64,000 nucleotides of DNA from Fibrobacteria bacterium (lineage in GTDB: Bacteria > Fibrobacterota > Chitinivibrionia > Chitinivibrionales > FEN-1185): NCBI GenBank assembly GCA_037447435.1, contig JBBIGR010000006.1, positions 1-64,000 of the forward strand, given 5' to 3'. The notes beneath the pieces were generated by a model. The model searched no databases, was not told where the DNA came from, and saw nothing but the letters and a program-made list of their open reading frames with translations. Positions within the stretch are counted from its first letter, which is position 1, and each line of letters begins with the position of its first letter. Below, one piece after another: positions 60,551 to 64,000 of the stretch. A program made the translations under genes and the position numbers.

Positions 60551-61522
60551 ATGAAGTCTTTAAAAGAAGTTCTAACAGAGGCGATTTACGCAGGAATTTG
60601 CGGTGACGCATTGGGTGTTCCCGTCGAATCCACGACTCGCCAGGAATTGGCCCTGTCCAGCGTTAAAAATATGCTTGGGTATGGCCGATACGATCAACCG
60701 CAAGGCACGTGGTCCGACGATACCTCGCTTGTGTTATGCACCATGGAAAGCCTCATTCAGGGATACGATCTTGAAGCAATGGGAAAGAAATTCTGTTCCT
60801 GGCTTTTTGATGCTTTGTGGACACCGACCGGATTCGTATTCGACGCCGGTCTGACAACCTATCTGGCTCTCGATAAAATTCAAAACGACCATAAAAGCGC
60901 TGCCGTTTCGGGCGGCATCACCGAAGACGACAATGGTAACGGCTCATTAATGAGAATGATGCCGGTCGCTTTTTATTTTGCGCATCTGGCGATAGAACCT
61001 TTTTTAAAAGCCGTGCACGACATTTCGGGCATTACCCACGCGCATCCCCGGTCGAAAATAGCATGCGGAATGTATTGTCTTTTCATCAGAGAATTGCTCG
61101 CCGATAGAGACAAGGACCGGGCGTATAAGGCTGCGGTAAAACAAGCGGTGGATTTTTACAGCGCAATACCGGAATTCAACAACGAATTGTCGCATTTCAT
61201 GCGCATTATTTCCCATGCAGTCCCCACGCTTCCCGAAAACGAGATCCAATCGTCGGGATATGTCGTGGATACGCTCGAGGCAAGCCTGTGGTGCGTGTTG
61301 CGTCACGATTCCGCCAAAGACGTCCTGTTGGCAGCCGTCAATCTTGGTCTGGACACCGACACGACCGGCATGGTTGCCGGCGGTTGCGCGGGCATTATTT
61401 ACGGACTAGACTCAATTCCCCCCGCATGGCTGAAATCTTTGGCGCGTAAAAAGGAAATAGACGAGCTTGTTTCCCGTTTCTGCGACGTGATTTGCGCTTC
61501 GAATTCCGGAAAATCGGCATGA
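60551..61522 (+). CDS. ADP-ribosylglycohydrolase
   Basis: GDALGVP, WSDDT, GNGSLMR, TH, NLGLDTDT. Confidence 0.9.
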   Translation: MKSLKEVLTEAIYAGICGDALGVPVESTTRQELALSSVKNMLGYGRYDQPQGTWSDDTSLVLCTMESLIQGYDLEAMGKKFCSWLFDALWTPTGFVFDAGLTTYLALDKIQNDHKSAAVSGGITEDDNGNGSLMRMMPVAFYFAHLAIEPFLKAVHDISGITHAHPRSKIACGMYCLFIRELLADRDKDRAYKAAVKQAVDFYSAIPEFNNELSHFMRIISHAVPTLPENEIQSSGYVVDTLEASLWCVLRHDSAKDVLLAAVNLGLDTDTTGMVAGGCAGIIYGLDSIPPAWLKSLARKKEIDELVSRFCDVICASNSGKSA

Positions 61523-61556
61523 CGGGCATTTTACTTTATCCGGATCTTTTGACTCT

Positions 61557-62492
61557 ATGAAACCTGTTTACATCAGAGACTTCGACCTGCTTGTCATCGG
61601 TGAAACATTCATTGAAATCGGATGCGACGGCGACATAGCCCTGGCAAAAGAATACCGCAAAGACATCGGCGGCGCCGACATCATCACCGGCGTCACCGCG
61701 GCACGGCTCGGATCGAGCGTTTCACTCGTTTCGGCGATTGCGGCCGATCCGTTTCACTCATTCATCCGGGAAGCACTGCTTTCTCAGGGTGTCAATATCG
61801 ACCATACGATTACCAGCCAGGGATACAACGGCCTTTACTTTACCAGTCCGCGTGCGAGCGAGCAGCGGGAATACCTGTTTCATAGGCCGGGGACTGCGGC
61901 ATCGTCCATTACGCCGTCCCTTATTTACGACGATCTCATCGAAAACAGCAAAATCGTGTATGCATCAAGCGAATTGCAATCGGTATCCAAAGCCGCACGC
62001 CATACGGTTTTCAAAGCGTTCCATCACGCCCATATCAACGACATTATGGTCGCGTATGACCCGAATTTACGGCTTCGCCTGTGGTCCCTTGACGATGCGA
62101 AAGAATGCCTGTGGAGCGTTTTGCCTCTTGTCGACGTCATGCTGCCTTCGGCGCCCGACGAATCGAAGGCATTGTTCGGATACGAACGCCCCCTCGACGT
62201 CATCGGTTTTTTATGGGACAGGGGCGTTTCGATTGTTGCCGTTAAAAACGGAGAAAAAGGGTGTTTGGTAGGATACGACAGTAAGATCGAAGAATTCCCC
62301 ATGCCGCAGGGCAAAGGGACCGTGACCGACGTGACGCTTATCGGCAGCGTTTTCAACGGCGGTTTTCTCCACTGCATCGCACGAGGGTTCGATCCGTTTT
62401 CCGCAGCGCAATTCGCCAACAACGTCGCTCTTTACAAAGGAATAAAAGGCGGTTCCATTTCGTCGCTGCCCACCAAAGAAGATCTTGCGTGA
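61557..62492 (+). CDS. PfkB-family carbohydrate kinase-like protein with degenerate active site
   Basis: IGE, GGAD, ARLG, YDPNLRLRLW, VKNGEKG; DVTLIGSVF replaces DTxGAGD. Confidence 0.8.
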   Translation: MKPVYIRDFDLLVIGETFIEIGCDGDIALAKEYRKDIGGADIITGVTAARLGSSVSLVSAIAADPFHSFIREALLSQGVNIDHTITSQGYNGLYFTSPRASEQREYLFHRPGTAASSITPSLIYDDLIENSKIVYASSELQSVSKAARHTVFKAFHHAHINDIMVAYDPNLRLRLWSLDDAKECLWSVLPLVDVMLPSAPDESKALFGYERPLDVIGFLWDRGVSIVAVKNGEKGCLVGYDSKIEEFPMPQGKGTVTDVTLIGSVFNGGFLHCIARGFDPFSAAQFANNVALYKGIKGGSISSLPTKEDLA

Positions 62493-63508
62493 AACCGCAA
62501 TCCTGGTTCATAACGATTCCTCCGTTCGGCGCTGCCCGGGAAGTCGGCCTCCAATGCGCCGCCGCATTCGAACAACTCCTTGGAAAAACGCATTGTAAAA
62601 CGTTCGATTGCAAAACCTATCTGGATTTTTTTTCCGCTGCGCTGAAAAATCCCGAAGAATCCGTGGTCGTCGATTTGGTCAATCATGTTTTGACCGTACA
62701 ATGCCTTGCACAAAAAGCAACCCATTGCCTTGTGTGCGCATTGTCGCCGGTGACCCTTTTTACGCTCAATCTTTTGCGGTCGTATTCGGTGAAAACATGC
62801 CACTGGTTTTATGAAGATTATAAAAAAGCCGTATACTGGAAAGACGTTTTAGCGGGGTACGATTACTTTTTCGCAATACAAAAGGGACCGGTGGAAGCCG
62901 CGTGCGCGGCAGCGGGCAACACGTATCGCTTCTTGCCGACCGCCGCAGGCCCGTACCATCAATTGCCTTTGCTTTTTCAGAATCAGCCGCTTCCCAAGAC
63001 CCATGACGTCGCGTTTGTCGGCGTTCCGACCCCCTATCGCATCGGCATCCTCGAACAGTTCAAAAAAAACGGTATTTCGCTGGTCATCGCAGGACTGGGC
63101 TGGGAAACGTATCGCGGCGAGCTTGAACCTTGTATCGCGAATTCTAAATGGACAGACGGGAAACAGGTCGATACGATTTTAAAAAGCGCAAAAATCGGTA
63201 TTAACCTGTCTATGAATTCTCCCGCTTTCGACATTGAAAACACGCATATCAGTCCCCGGGTGTTCGACGTTTTAGCCGCAGGACTTGCCCTGGTTACCGA
63301 AAAAGTGCCCTTACTGGATGCAACGCTCTCCGGTATCGCTTACCGGACGTTTTCCGATGGGGCCGAGGCCGTAAACGCGGTGCGTCTCGCGTTGTCGGAA
63401 TACGATGCCGCCGCCGAGGAACGTTTGCACAATAAAGCAGTCATCGAATCCGCCCATACCTATGGTGCGAGAGCAAAAACAATACTGGAAACAACGGGAC
63501 AACCATGA
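62489..63508 (+). CDS. CgeB-like glycosyltransferase
   Basis: HWFYED, DVAFVG, AKIGINL, SPRVFDVLAAG, HTYGAR. Confidence 0.7.
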   Translation: MKPQSWFITIPPFGAAREVGLQCAAAFEQLLGKTHCKTFDCKTYLDFFSAALKNPEESVVVDLVNHVLTVQCLAQKATHCLVCALSPVTLFTLNLLRSYSVKTCHWFYEDYKKAVYWKDVLAGYDYFFAIQKGPVEAACAAAGNTYRFLPTAAGPYHQLPLLFQNQPLPKTHDVAFVGVPTPYRIGILEQFKKNGISLVIAGLGWETYRGELEPCIANSKWTDGKQVDTILKSAKIGINLSMNSPAFDIENTHISPRVFDVLAAGLALVTEKVPLLDATLSGIAYRTFSDGAEAVNAVRLALSEYDAAAEERLHNKAVIESAHTYGARAKTILETTGQP

Positions 63509-64000
63509 ACACGTATTCCATTCCGAAAATCGACTACCCGAATCAAACGGCGCCTTCACACGAGGCGTCCGTGTGGACGGAAATACCGCCATTGACAATT
63601 TCTAATTTTCGTCCGGAAAGTTCCGACCATCGGCCCCAAACCGCGGTGCGAATGTTCCATAACGACTCGGCGGTGTATGTATTGTTCGACGTCGAGGACA
63701 ATTTTGTCAAATGCACAAGAACCGAGTATCAAAGCGACGTGTGGCGGGATTCCTGTGTCGAGTGGTTTGTAAGCCCAAAAAGCGGTTGCGGTTATTTTAA
63801 TTTTGAAATCAACTGCATCGGGACGCTCCACGTCTATTTCATCGAAGACCCGGTCAGGATAAACGGAAAATTAAAAAAATCCACGCCGATATCCTATGAT
63901 ATCGGAAAGCTCGTTTCGATTGTCTCGTCGGTCGGGGCGCCCATAGCCGTCGAATCGACTATTCCGTCGAAGTGGCATATCGCAATGGCCGTTCCGCTGA
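63505..64000 (+). CDS. carbohydrate-binding family 9-like (DOMON-like) protein, partial; absent from the ORF track
   Basis: Own translation MNTYSIPKID..VYVLFDVED..VWRDSCVEWFVSP..YFNFEINCIGT; frame stays open to the window edge; ATG overlaps the upstream TGA. Confidence 0.8.
   Translation, partial: MNTYSIPKIDYPNQTAPSHEASVWTEIPPLTISNFRPESSDHRPQTAVRMFHNDSAVYVLFDVEDNFVKCTRTEYQSDVWRDSCVEWFVSPKSGCGYFNFEINCIGTLHVYFIEDPVRINGKLKKSTPISYDIGKLVSIVSSVGAPIAVESTIPSKWHIAMAVPL

Noticed and set aside
63556..63831. 91-aa minus-strand ORF
   Set aside because: Shadow of the plus-strand CBM9-like gene that runs off the window edge

Overview
Bacterial chromosomal window, probably from an anaerobic Fibrobacterota (Chitinivibrionia/Chitinispirillia-like) organism; this is inferred from gene content and several T9SS-like C-terminal domains. 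(1) 0.3-2.4 kb is an accessory patch. A 252-aa helical hypothetical gene is followed by a hairpin and a ~550-bp degenerate array with 21-bp period, whose two halves point in opposite directions (RTGGAA x ~12, then TTCCAY x ~13). A truncated REP-associated tyrosine transposase follows. (2) 2.5-41.8 kb is a large chitin/chitosan utilisation region: a membrane-sensor AraC regulator, GH2 exo-glucosaminidase, GH94 chitobiose-type phosphorylase, phosphohexomutase, two CE4 deacetylases, an intact plus a catalytically degenerate GH9, a family-5 ABC importer, two putative outer-membrane barrels, CBM11-like lipoproteins and a GH16. It has no recognisable SusC/SusD and no canonical GH18/GH19. (3) 42-58 kb holds aryl-acid metabolism genes (three PaaK-like ligases, ACT protein, LIV-type ABC transporter, IorAB), interrupted by a repeat-rich surface lipoprotein gene. 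(4) 58-64 kb holds a cNMP-AckA-PduL triple fusion and an ADP-ribosylglycohydrolase / degenerate PfkB / glycosyltransferase / CBM9-like operon. No rRNA, tRNA or CRISPR array was seen. All annotations come from motif recognition by eye; no database searches were run.
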